From NCBI GenBank assembly GCA_035506195.1, contig DATJPV010000036.1:16100-80099 (forward strand): a stretch of 64,000 bases of DNA, in the 5' to 3' direction. The notes under the pieces are model-generated. The model saw only the letters and a program-made list of their open reading frames with translations. It made no database searches and was not told the DNA's origin. Origin of the DNA: Patescibacteria group bacterium (GTDB lineage Bacteria; Omnitrophota; Gorgyraeia; Gygaellales; Profunditerraquicolaceae). Made by a program: the position numbers and the translations under genes. Below, one piece after another: positions 40,237 through 48,786 of this stretch; the stretch's first letter is position 1, and every line of letters starts with the position of its first letter.

Positions 40237-40892
40237 TCATCGCTATTGACGGTCCAGCCGGCGCAGGTAAAAGCACTGTCGCCAAATTGTTAGCCGGCAG
40301 GCTGGGGTTTTTGTATATCGATACCGGCGCCATGTACCGGGCATTGACCCTCAAGGCGCTGGATGAAGGGGTCGATGCCGGAGATGAGGCGGCGCTTGAG
40401 GCGTTGGCCGGGCGCACTACTATCGCCTTGGAGAATACTTCCGGCGGCGCGCTGCAGGTCCTCTTGGACGGCCGGGATGTAAGCGTTCAAATAAGAGAGC
40501 CCCGGATAACCAAATATGTTTCGCAGGTCGCCAAGGTCAAGGGGGTTAGAGAAGTTATGGTCGGCCTGCAGCGCAGCCTTGGCCGGAGGCATTCAAGCGT
40601 CATGGACGGCCGGGATATCGGCACGGTCGTCTTTCCCGCGGCAGAGAAGAAATTCTATCTTGACGCATCCGTGGAAGAGAGGGTAAACCGGCGCTATAAA
40701 GAATTGCAGCCGCTTAACAGGGGGCTCGCCAGGGAAGAGGTCGCCAGGGACCTGACGTGCCGCGATACCATCGATTCGACGCGCGAATGCGGCCCGCTCA
40801 AAAAGGCGGATGATGCCGTCTACGTCGATACTACGCGCATGACCATAACCGAGGTCGTTGATACCTTGTATACGCTGTCCACTCATGGATAA
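40233..40892 (+). CDS. cmk: Cytidylate kinase
   Basis: DGPAGAGKST, TGAMYR and DGRDIGT. Confidence 0.94.
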   Translation: MIIAIDGPAGAGKSTVAKLLAGRLGFLYIDTGAMYRALTLKALDEGVDAGDEAALEALAGRTTIALENTSGGALQVLLDGRDVSVQIREPRITKYVSQVAKVKGVREVMVGLQRSLGRRHSSVMDGRDIGTVVFPAAEKKFYLDASVEERVNRRYKELQPLNRGLAREEVARDLTCRDTIDSTRECGPLKKADDAVYVDTTRMTITEVVDTLYTLSTHG

Positions 40893-42684
40893 ATCGCTCA
40901 TACGCAATTTCAGCATCATCGCACACATAGACCACGGAAAATCCACGCTTGCCGACCGGATCCTGGAGATAACCGGCGCGGTTGACAAGCGGCATGCCCG
41001 TCAGCAGTTGCTTGACGACATGGACCTGGAGAGGGAAAGAGGCATTACCATCAAGGCCTCCATGGTCCGCCTGGCGTACCGCTCGCGGAAAACCGGCAAG
41101 GAGTACATCTTCAACCTGATCGATACTCCCGGCCACGTTGATTTTGCATACGAGGTTTCCAAATCCCTGGCTGCCTGCGAAGGCGCGATACTGGTGGTCG
41201 ATGTCGGCCAGGGCATCGAAGCGCAAACCATGGCCAATTACTACCTGGCCCGGGATAACAAATTACAGATCATTCCGGTCATCAATAAGATCGACCTGGC
41301 GCTGGCGGATGTGCCGCGGGTGCAACGCCAGATTATCAGCGTCCTGGGTTTTGAAGAAAAAGAGATCATCCTGGCTTCGGCCAAGGAAGGAACCGGCGTC
41401 GAAGATATCCTTGAGCGCGTGGTTGAAGTAGTGCCGCCTCCGGAGGGCGGGGAGGACAATCCCCTGAAGGCCCTGGTGTTTGACTGCCGTTTTGACACTT
41501 TCAAGGGCGTGGTGGTTTTTGTCAGGATCGTCGACGGCAGGCTTGACGCGCACGCCCAGATAAAGCTTATCAATTCCGGCAAGGCCTACAAGATCGAAGA
41601 GCTGGGGGTTTTTAAGGACCTGAAATATTCCGAAGTCGATTCGCTTACCTGCGGAGAGGTCGCATATTTGACCGCAAATATCCGCGATCCGAGGGAGATC
41701 ATCATCGGGGATACCCTGACCGATGTCAAGAAGCCCTGCGAAGAGGCGCTTCCCGGCTACCGGACCCTCAAGCCTTTGGTTTTTTGCGGCATCTATCCGA
41801 TCAACCCGGCGGACTTCCCGAATTTGCGCGACGCCATGGATAAGCTGAAACTATCCGACGCCTCGTTTGTCTTTGAGCCGGAGAATTCCCAGTCCTTTGG
41901 GTCGGGTTTCCGCTGCGGTTTCCTCGGCCTGTTGCATATGGAAATAGTCCAGGAGCGCCTGAAAAGGGAGTATGACTTAAACCTCATCCTGACCGTGCCC
42001 AATGTGGTCTATCAGGTCATCACCAAAGACGGAGAGAAGCTGGAGGTCGATACCCCCGCCAAGCTTCCGGATCCGACAACGATCCAGGAGGCCCGCGAAC
42101 CCTACGTATCGCTGCTGATGATCGTTCCGGTGGACACGATCGATGCGGTGTGCGAATTGACCAAGTCGCGCCGGGGCACCTTTCAAGCCAGCGATTATCT
42201 CGGCGAAGACCGCGTAAAGCTTATCTTCGATATCCCGCTTTCCGAGATCATCGTCGATTTTTACGACCGCATGAAATCCGTGACCCGCGGCTACGGATCG
42301 CTTGATTACGAATTCAAGGCTTATCTTGCGACCCGTCTCGTGAAGCTCGATATCCTTTTGAACAGCGTCGCCTGCGATGCGTTCTCTTCGTTGATCTTCA
42401 AGGATAAGGCGCCCTACCGCGCCAGGCTCTTGGTAGATAAACTTAAGGAATTGATCCCGCGGCAACTGTATGAGATCAGCATACAGGCAGCCGTTTCCAA
42501 TCAGATCCTCGCTTCAGAAAAGATACGTCCGATGGGCAAGCATACGACCAGTAAATGCTCAGGCGGCGATATTACGCGTAAACGCAAGTTATGGGAAACT
42601 CAAAAACAGGGGAAAAAACGCCTCAAGCAGTTCGGAAAAGTGGAGATCCCCCAGGAGGCCTTTTTGGAGGTTTTAAAACTATGA
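40885..42684 (+). CDS. lepA: Translation factor EF4
   Basis: IRNFSIIAHIDHGKSTL, ERGITIK and GGDITRKRKL. Confidence 0.96.
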   Translation: MDKSLIRNFSIIAHIDHGKSTLADRILEITGAVDKRHARQQLLDDMDLERERGITIKASMVRLAYRSRKTGKEYIFNLIDTPGHVDFAYEVSKSLAACEGAILVVDVGQGIEAQTMANYYLARDNKLQIIPVINKIDLALADVPRVQRQIISVLGFEEKEIILASAKEGTGVEDILERVVEVVPPPEGGEDNPLKALVFDCRFDTFKGVVVFVRIVDGRLDAHAQIKLINSGKAYKIEELGVFKDLKYSEVDSLTCGEVAYLTANIRDPREIIIGDTLTDVKKPCEEALPGYRTLKPLVFCGIYPINPADFPNLRDAMDKLKLSDASFVFEPENSQSFGSGFRCGFLGLLHMEIVQERLKREYDLNLILTVPNVVYQVITKDGEKLEVDTPAKLPDPTTIQEAREPYVSLLMIVPVDTIDAVCELTKSRRGTFQASDYLGEDRVKLIFDIPLSEIIVDFYDRMKSVTRGYGSLDYEFKAYLATRLVKLDILLNSVACDAFSSLIFKDKAPYRARLLVDKLKELIPRQLYEISIQAAVSNQILASEKIRPMGKHTTSKCSGGDITRKRKLWETQKQGKKRLKQFGKVEIPQEAFLEVLKL

Positions 42685-43268
42685 AAGCTCAATTTGACGG
42701 CAAAAAGAAATCAGCGCTGCGGGAGTGGGTCGAGTCGATCGTCATTGCGTTTATGCTGGCAATGGTCATCCGCGCTTTTGTGGTGCAGGCGTTCAAGATC
42801 CCGACCGGCTCCATGCGCACGACCCTCATCGAAGGGGACATTATCCTGGTGAACAAATTCATTTATGGCGCCAAGGTCCCCTTTACGAACTGGAACCTGC
42901 CGGCGCTGCGCGACCCGAAAAGGGGCGATATCGTCGTCTTCATATATCCGGAAAACCCCAAGAAAGATTTTATCAAACGGCTTGTTGCCGTGGAGGGGGA
43001 GGCCGTAGAGATCAAGAACGGCACCATCTATATTAATGCCAAACCCCTGGATGAGCCGCTTTTTAGCAAACGCTATTATTATAATCGCGGCGGTTTTGCC
43101 AAGGAGGGCCAGAAGCTGGTGGTCCCCAAGGACAGCTTTTTCGTGCTGGGGGATAACTCCATCTCTTCGCAGGACAGCCGCTATTGGGGGTTTGTGCCGC
43201 GTAAAAACATTCTCGGCAAGGCCATGCTGATATACTGGCCGCCGCAGCGTATACGGCTTCTGCAATGA
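42681..43268 (+). CDS. lepB: Signal peptidase I
   Basis: PTGSM, FIKR and GDN...DSRYWG. Confidence 0.93.
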   Translation: MKAQFDGKKKSALREWVESIVIAFMLAMVIRAFVVQAFKIPTGSMRTTLIEGDIILVNKFIYGAKVPFTNWNLPALRDPKRGDIVVFIYPENPKKDFIKRLVAVEGEAVEIKNGTIYINAKPLDEPLFSKRYYYNRGGFAKEGQKLVVPKDSFFVLGDNSISSQDSRYWGFVPRKNILGKAMLIYWPPQRIRLLQ

Positions 43269-43828
43269 ACTTCGCCAATAAAATATCGACGTTCCGCATC
43301 TTGACCGTTCCTTTCTTCATTGCCAGCCTCGTGTATTATTCCCCCGAGCGCAGTTACCTTCGCTTCGTCGCCCTGGCGATATTTTTGCTCGGCGTGCTTT
43401 CGGATGCGATCGACGGTTATATCGCCCGCAAGGCCAAACAGTTTTCCAAGGCGGGCCTGGTCCTGGACCCCTTGGGAGACAAGCTCCTGTTGATGAGCGC
43501 GTTCATCTGCCTTTTTTTGACGGACCACCTGGCTATCCGCTTTCCTCTTTGGGTGGTCCTGGTGGTCATCAGCAGGGACGTGATCATCCTTTTGGGGGCG
43601 GTGGTACTATATATAGTGAAACAGAATATCGATATTCAACCGACCAGGTGGGGTAAATATACTACGACCTTTCAGATGAGCGCGGTGCTGGCGGTTCTCC
43701 TGCAGCTGGCTTTTGCGTATATTTTCTGGTGGCTGGCGGTAGCCTTTACCGTTATTTCAGGCATGGATTACGTCAGGAAGGGGTTCAAGCTTTTATATGC
43801 CGTGGATAATTCTCGGTCTGTGCATTAG
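43265..43828 (+). CDS. pgsA: CDP-alcohol phosphatidyltransferase (PgsA-like)
   Basis: DAIDGYIAR...G..LDPLGDK. Confidence 0.85.
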   Translation: MNFANKISTFRILTVPFFIASLVYYSPERSYLRFVALAIFLLGVLSDAIDGYIARKAKQFSKAGLVLDPLGDKLLLMSAFICLFLTDHLAIRFPLWVVLVVISRDVIILLGAVVLYIVKQNIDIQPTRWGKYTTTFQMSAVLAVLLQLAFAYIFWWLAVAFTVISGMDYVRKGFKLLYAVDNSRSVH

Positions 43829-44420
43829 CTATCTTATCGGTTCCATCCCGACCGCCTATATTTTTGTCCGGCTCCTCAAGGGGCAGGATATCCGCACGAT
43901 AGGCTCAGGCAATGTCGGGGCGACCAATGCCTTGCGCGTCCTGGGAAAGCCCCTGGGGGTGACGATCCTCATCCTGGACATCCTTAAGGGTTTTGCTGCG
44001 GTGGCCCTGGTGGGCGATTGGGTAGCTGCTCATGGCGCTGCCCTGTCCCCGGAGCCCCTGCGCATCCTTTTGGGTTTAGCCTGCGTCAGCGGCCACAACT
44101 GGACCGTATTCCTGCGTTTTAAGGGCGGCAAGGGCATCGCGACCAGCTTTGGCAGCCTCCTGGGCCTGGCATGCAAGATCCCCGGCCTTTGGCTGGTGTT
44201 GGGGCTGGTGGTACTGGTGTGGCTGGCAGCCTTTTTGGCCAGCAGGATAGTATCCCTGTCTTCGGTCCTGGCCGGCATAAGCCTGCCGGTTTTTGCGGCT
44301 CTCTTGCGGCAGTCGCAGGTCTTGACCGCCGCAAGCCTCGTTTTGGCGCTGTTTATCGTAGTCCGCCACCGCTCGAACCTGAAAAGAATTTTTCAAAAGC
44401 AAGAGCGCCCGCTTTTCTAG
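43797..44420 (+). CDS. plsY: Glycerol-3-phosphate acyltransferase
   Basis: GSGNVGATN, FKGGKGIA and HRSN. Confidence 0.93.
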   Translation: MPWIILGLCISYLIGSIPTAYIFVRLLKGQDIRTIGSGNVGATNALRVLGKPLGVTILILDILKGFAAVALVGDWVAAHGAALSPEPLRILLGLACVSGHNWTVFLRFKGGKGIATSFGSLLGLACKIPGLWLVLGLVVLVWLAAFLASRIVSLSSVLAGISLPVFAALLRQSQVLTAASLVLALFIVVRHRSNLKRIFQKQERPLF

Positions 44421-44484
44421 ATCTTCCCCAAAAAGCTGTTTTCTCGTCGATAAAAAATCGACCGCGGCCCCCGAGCATCGTGTG

Positions 44485-44545
44485 GAAAACGCTTTCTTCA
44501 AACGCCGTAAATGGGTTGAAAGCAGATAATAACGCATGTTATACT
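44485..44545 (+). promoter_or_regulatory. LacI-type palindrome plus putative sigma70 promoter for the PilZ gene
   Basis: GAAAACGCTTTC (44485-44496); TTGAAA-18bp-TATACT with extended TG. Confidence 0.55.
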
Positions 44546-44615
44546 TACGTTGGAATTTCATTTTTTTTGCCCTCTTTTTAAAAAGATTGCAAAAGATCTG
44601 AGATAGGGAGAAGGC

Positions 44616-44933
44616 ATGCTAGAGGACCGCAGGTGTTTTTTCCGTTTCCCCGCAACCGTGCCGTTGCGCTACCAGGATAACGACGGCGGTGTGCAGGGAT
44701 GGGGAGAAACGCACGATATCAGCGCCAAGGGGATCGGTTTTTTCACCGATCGAGAGATGCCGCCTGACACAAGCCTTGATATATGCCTGCAGGTCCCCGA
44801 TAGGGAAGATGGAATCTGCGTAAAAGGCAGTATCGTATGGTCGCGCCTGGTTGCTCCGCAGCGCTACCGGGTCGGCGTAAGCCTGGAAAAAGTGGATTTC
44901 ATCAGCATGTCGCACGTGTTGCGTTTGGCCTAA
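44616..44933 (+). CDS. PilZ-domain protein
   Basis: RRCFFR and DISAKG motifs. Confidence 0.82.
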   Translation: MLEDRRCFFRFPATVPLRYQDNDGGVQGWGETHDISAKGIGFFTDREMPPDTSLDICLQVPDREDGICVKGSIVWSRLVAPQRYRVGVSLEKVDFISMSHVLRLA

Positions 44934-44939
44934 TTTTTC

Positions 44940-45051
44940 TCGAAAAAGCAACGCCTGTAAGTTCCCTGCCAGCCAGGAAGCTAAGGAAGGGATAGCCGGG
45001 TTGCCGAAGGACAGAGGAGGACTTTTAACTTATCGGGCAACCCGGCTTTTT
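44940..45051 (+). ncRNA. Putative structured RNA ending in an intrinsic terminator
   Basis: AGCCGGGTTGCCGA pairs with TCGGGCAACCCGGCT plus a T tract; the same arm can pair upstream (GCAAC/GTTGC, TCCCT/AGGGA). Confidence 0.5.
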
Positions 45052-45079
45052 ATAAGCTCAGAGTGCAAAGGGGATCATT

Positions 45080-45412
45080 ATGCGAGATTTGGTATTCAAA
45101 AACCTGACTTCCAGCGACCACAAACGCAGGATCGTTGCCAGTTCCGAGGTAGCGGACCGGCAAGGCGTGCGCAGCACTATCCACAGGCATTTTGTGTGCA
45201 TGGTCAAAGAAGTCAAGGATGCCAACATCCCCAAGCCGAACCCGTATTTATATGTGCTCAAACAACGCAATACTAAAGAACAAACGGAAAAGTTTTTTTG
45301 CCGGATAAAAGGAAGCCTTTATGCGGTCAACAAAGGCAAGCTCTTCCTGATTATTTTTACCCACTCCTTAAAGATCTGCCTCAAGCCCGTTCCTCAGGAT
45401 TTAATGGCGTAA
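45080..45412 (+). CDS. Hypothetical basic protein
   Basis: GGGGA RBS; 110-aa ORF with no recognised family. Confidence 0.65.
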   Translation: MRDLVFKNLTSSDHKRRIVASSEVADRQGVRSTIHRHFVCMVKEVKDANIPKPNPYLYVLKQRNTKEQTEKFFCRIKGSLYAVNKGKLFLIIFTHSLKICLKPVPQDLMA

Positions 45413-45438
45413 AGCCGCCTTTCGGGGGCTCCTCCAAA

Positions 45439-45482
45439 GAAAGCGTTTTCAGGTTGACAAAAAGCCAAATATCTGTTATACT
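45439..45482 (+). promoter_or_regulatory. Sigma70 promoter with LacI-type palindrome
   Basis: GAAAGCGTTTTC (45439-45450), then TTGACA-17bp-TATACT with extended TG. Confidence 0.72.
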
Positions 45483-45488
45483 TCCTTC

Positions 45489-45602
45489 AGACTTTTAAAA
45501 AGTATATATTACCGGGTGCCCTGATTAGGAGGAAATCAGGACACATACAGAAAATGTATCCCGGATTGACAAAAAAAGGGTCGATCCGGGATTTTGTTTT
45601 TT
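45489..45602 (+). ncRNA. Putative orphan riboswitch or sRNA (three-way junction plus competing terminator)
   Basis: Own promoter; CCGGG/CCCGG closing stem, GTGcCCTGATT/AATCAGGaCAC and ATACA/TGTAT hairpins; terminator ATCCCGGATTGAC/GTCGATCCGGGAT plus T tract. Confidence 0.6.
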
Positions 45603-45614
45603 GTATTTAAAGTC

Positions 45615-45643
45615 TTGACAAATAGAAATTTATATACTAAAAT
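45615..45643 (+). promoter_or_regulatory. Second sigma70 promoter upstream of the fimbrial-like operon
   Basis: TTGACA-17bp-TAAAAT. Confidence 0.65.
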
Positions 45644-45706
45644 ACTACCGAAACTAGGGAAAGGGTGAGTTGGTAAAACAGGTAATCAGGCGAAAGGAGT
45701 AAGAAG

Positions 45707-46306
45707 ATGGGGAAGTTGAAACTGGCGCTGTGCGCGGCGATGGCATTTGTGCTTGTGACCGGCGGCATGGCGTTTGCAGGGGAAAAGGTGTTGTTTGGAT
45801 TTGAGAAGGATATGGGCGGTTGGGAAATCCCCGACTGGGCAATGGAAAAGGAAGACTACGTAGGCACTAAGATCGAGCTATCGACCGCAGTTTTCAAAGA
45901 GGGAAAGTCTTGCCTTAAGCTCGACACCAAGTTCCCCGGAGGGAAATGGACTGCGGCTTATGTTGAGATCCAGCAATACTTCGATTGGACCGCTTACAGC
46001 GCGGTTGCGGTTGATGTCTATTTGCCGGAAACAGCACCGGTCGGCCTGAAATCAAAAATGATTTTGACCGTCGGCGAATCCTGGGCATGGGTCGAAATGG
46101 CACGCAGCACCGCTTTGGAGCCGGGAAAATGGACGACCATCACCGCTAATATCATGCCGGCTAGCACCGATTTTCGCGCTACGGTTGATGACGCCTTCAG
46201 GAAGGATATCCGCAAGGTCGGCGTCAGGATCGAATCCAATATGAAGCCCGTATATGAAGGGCCGGTGTATATTGACAATTTCAGATTGATTGAAGTAACC
46301 AAATAA
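45707..46306 (+). CDS. Secreted carbohydrate-binding-module-like protein (galactose-binding fold)
   Basis: Signal peptide AFA|; LFGFE...GW, EGKSCLKL, DWTAY, GKWTT and VYIDNF motifs typical of CBM jelly rolls; Trp-rich. Confidence 0.7.
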   Translation: MGKLKLALCAAMAFVLVTGGMAFAGEKVLFGFEKDMGGWEIPDWAMEKEDYVGTKIELSTAVFKEGKSCLKLDTKFPGGKWTAAYVEIQQYFDWTAYSAVAVDVYLPETAPVGLKSKMILTVGESWAWVEMARSTALEPGKWTTITANIMPASTDFRATVDDAFRKDIRKVGVRIESNMKPVYEGPVYIDNFRLIEVTK

Positions 46307-46326
46307 CGAAGAGGGAGGTGAAACAC

Positions 46327-46902
46327 ATGATCAAATATGTAAAGATAATGATGTTGATTGGCTTAGGGCTAACGCTTGCGTATGCGCAAGCTTTCGCAGG
46401 GACCTCAACTGCTACAGCTACTGTTACGGCAACCGTGCCTTCAGTAACCACGGTTTCTCTTGCCCGTGATACCGGTTCAGCTACGCGCGGTTCAGCTAGC
46501 ACGATTATCTTCGATAAGCTGGATAGCCAGGACACGCCCGGTGGTGATGCGGGGTTGATGTACGCACCGTATCGTACTACCGAAAACGGCAAGAACTGGC
46601 ATTTCGCCAAGGTTGCGGCTAATGGCTCAACGTTGACATTAGCGCTTACCGTAAGCGGGACCGTAGGAGGCCAGCCGCTGTCGAACCTTTTGAAGGTTTA
46701 TTGCGGCGGTTTCTACCTGACAGGTTCTACGACCTTTATTAGCGGAACCAATTCAGCGGACTGGGAATTTGCCAGCGGTTGGCAGAGGACCTTGACTCAG
46801 GCGTTCATCGGGACAGTGCCGTTTAACTACCAGTTGAACGTTTCTGCCGTTGGTGCCGGTTCTTACTCCGGGTCGGTAACGTTTACCTTGACGACAACGT
46901 AG
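46327..46902 (+). CDS. Putative major fimbrial subunit (chaperone-usher/WxL-like)
   Basis: Strong GGAGGTG RBS, signal peptide, N-terminal TATATVTATVP strand, C-terminal AGSYSGSVTFTLT; Thr/Ser/Gly-rich; followed by a hairpin. Confidence 0.7.
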   Translation: MIKYVKIMMLIGLGLTLAYAQAFAGTSTATATVTATVPSVTTVSLARDTGSATRGSASTIIFDKLDSQDTPGGDAGLMYAPYRTTENGKNWHFAKVAANGSTLTLALTVSGTVGGQPLSNLLKVYCGGFYLTGSTTFISGTNSADWEFASGWQRTLTQAFIGTVPFNYQLNVSAVGAGSYSGSVTFTLTTT

Positions 46903-46928
46903 TTATTCCTGCGTTGATTGTATGCATT

Positions 46929-46967
46929 TAATAGCTTGGGGCGGGTTTATCCTGCCCCAAGCTATTA
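46929..46967 (+). terminator. Strong stem-loop after the major subunit (attenuator or mRNA stabiliser)
   Basis: TAATAGCTTGGGGCGGG/CCTGCCCCAAGCTATTA; no long T tract. Confidence 0.65.
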
Positions 46968-46990
46968 TGGCATATAAAGAAGGGTCGCTA

Positions 46991-47527
46991 TTGAAGAAAC
47001 TAACATATTTTGCAGGTGCGCTGCTGGTATGTTTCTTGTTATACGCCCAGGCAGAGGCATTGGATTACAAAACTGACGATATCTCCGCCTCGGTGGAAGT
47101 ACTGCCTACCTTTGGTATCTCTCTCGATAATCTCAACCTTTATTTCGGCCTTATTCAGCCAGGCTCCACAAAAATATTAGGCGAGGGCACATTTTTCAAC
47201 CAGATCCACTGCCGTTCTAACTCCGGCCGGCCATGGTTCCTGAAGGCGCAGGTTGTTTCCCTGTCCCTGATGGAAAAACCGTATAAGGTGCCCGCCGGAA
47301 ATCTTAAATGGAAGGTTACGCAATGCACCGGTTCTGCGCAGCCGGCAGGCGGCTACGATTTTCAGTCGCTTACCGAAGAGCCGCTCCTTATGTATGCAAG
47401 TCAGGGAGATGACGACTTTGGCAAAGACGTAGTGCTATCTATGCAATATAGCCTGCAGTCGCCGTCCGATGCGCCGGCAGGCACGTATTCCGGCCAGATC
47501 GTTTTCACCATGGCAGAAAGCCCTTAA
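46991..47527 (+). CDS. Putative minor fimbrial subunit
   Basis: Signal peptide, ISASVEVLP strand, CRSNSGRPWFLK and PAGTYSGQIVFT; paralogous to the next gene. Confidence 0.65.
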   Translation: MKKLTYFAGALLVCFLLYAQAEALDYKTDDISASVEVLPTFGISLDNLNLYFGLIQPGSTKILGEGTFFNQIHCRSNSGRPWFLKAQVVSLSLMEKPYKVPAGNLKWKVTQCTGSAQPAGGYDFQSLTEEPLLMYASQGDDDFGKDVVLSMQYSLQSPSDAPAGTYSGQIVFTMAESP

Positions 47528-47530
47528 AGA

Positions 47531-48013
47531 ATGCTCAAAAAAATCATTATCTGCGCGTATATGTTGGCTTTGCCGGCGTTGGGGTATGCATCGCTGGAAC
47601 TGACTACCGACCACCGTTCGCTTTTCTTCGGGGCGATGCGCCTGGGGGAAGAAAAGGAGCTTGCGGATTTCGGCGGTTATCATAATGAAATTACCTGTCG
47701 TTCCACCAACGGGGCCATCTGGTACCTGAAGGTCAATCTCTTGCAGCCTTTAAGCTCGGGGGCCGACACGATCCCCGCGGAAAATCTTTCCTGGCAACTG
47801 ACTTGGACTAACGGTAACGGCACCAAGCCCGGCGGGGCGTATACCTATAAAAGCTTCAGCCTCATGCCTGACCTGGTTTACATAAGCGGGCCGGGTGAGT
47901 CGGCCGGCAACGGCATTACCTTGCAGTTCAAGTATTCCTTGAAGATCCCCGAAATTCAGCACAGCGGAGTATATAATGCGACTATCCGCTTTACCCTAAC
48001 GGAGATGTTTTGA
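47531..48013 (+). CDS. Putative minor or tip fimbrial subunit lacking the N-terminal extension
   Basis: Signal peptide, CRSTNGAIWYLK and SGVYNATIRFT. Confidence 0.65.
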   Translation: MLKKIIICAYMLALPALGYASLELTTDHRSLFFGAMRLGEEKELADFGGYHNEITCRSTNGAIWYLKVNLLQPLSSGADTIPAENLSWQLTWTNGNGTKPGGAYTYKSFSLMPDLVYISGPGESAGNGITLQFKYSLKIPEIQHSGVYNATIRFTLTEMF

Positions 48014-48786
48014 TGACAAAATATTGCCGTGCCCTGACGTGTATCCTATTGTGGTGTGCTGCGCTTATTGCGGAAGCTTACGCGTTCAGCATCGAGCCGG
48101 GCCGGATCGAACTGGCTATCCCCGCGGGCCGGCAGAGAGGCAAGACCGTTACGATAGACAATCGGGATTCGGATGAGTCCCTGCACTTGAAGATATACGC
48201 TACCGACGTGATCTTCCTGCCCGATGGTACGAATGACTTTCCGCAGGCCGGCGCTACTGCCTGGTCTTGCGTAAAATGGGTGCGGGTAACCCCCGATGAG
48301 ATCGATGTCCCCGCAAAAAAGACACAGACCGTACGCGTCAACGTCACGGTCCCGCAAGGGGCCCAGGGCGGCTATTACGGGATGCTTTTCTTTGAATCCG
48401 GCATGCCCAGCCCCGCTAAGGGGCTCAATATCAACTTCCGCGTGGGCGGCCTTGTCGATGTGTCCGTCCCGGGCACCGAACAGTTCAGCGCCAAGGTCGC
48501 GCATATCAGCCTGTCTAGCCCCAAGAAGATCGAGGTCGGGATCTTTAATGAAGGCAATGTGTTGGTCAGGCCCAAGGGCAAAGTGAAGATCATGGATGCC
48601 CGCGGCAAAAGAATAAAACAAATTGATTTTAACCCCGCGGGATGGGGAGTGCTGCCTCGCAGCCTGCGCAAACTATACGTGGACCTGGACAAGCCTTTGA
48701 CGAGCGGGCAGTATACTATCCGGGTCGAGATCAACTACGGAACGAAGTACTTGTTGGTAGGAGAATCTCCGGTGCAGGTGCAATGA
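48010..48786 (+). CDS. PapD/DUF916-like periplasmic chaperone
   Basis: AYA|FSIEPGRIEL, VTIDN, WVRVTP.EIDVPA, GGYYGMLFF and NEGNV; two Ig-like domains. Confidence 0.72.
   Translation: MMTKYCRALTCILLWCAALIAEAYAFSIEPGRIELAIPAGRQRGKTVTIDNRDSDESLHLKIYATDVIFLPDGTNDFPQAGATAWSCVKWVRVTPDEIDVPAKKTQTVRVNVTVPQGAQGGYYGMLFFESGMPSPAKGLNINFRVGGLVDVSVPGTEQFSAKVAHISLSSPKKIEVGIFNEGNVLVRPKGKVKIMDARGKRIKQIDFNPAGWGVLPRSLRKLYVDLDKPLTSGQYTIRVEINYGTKYLLVGESPVQVQ

Noticed and set aside
45554-45610. Short ORF MYPGLTKKGSIRDFVFCI as a leader peptide
   Set aside because: The AGGAGG lies about 20 nt upstream, too far for an RBS, and the ORF coincides with the terminator hairpin
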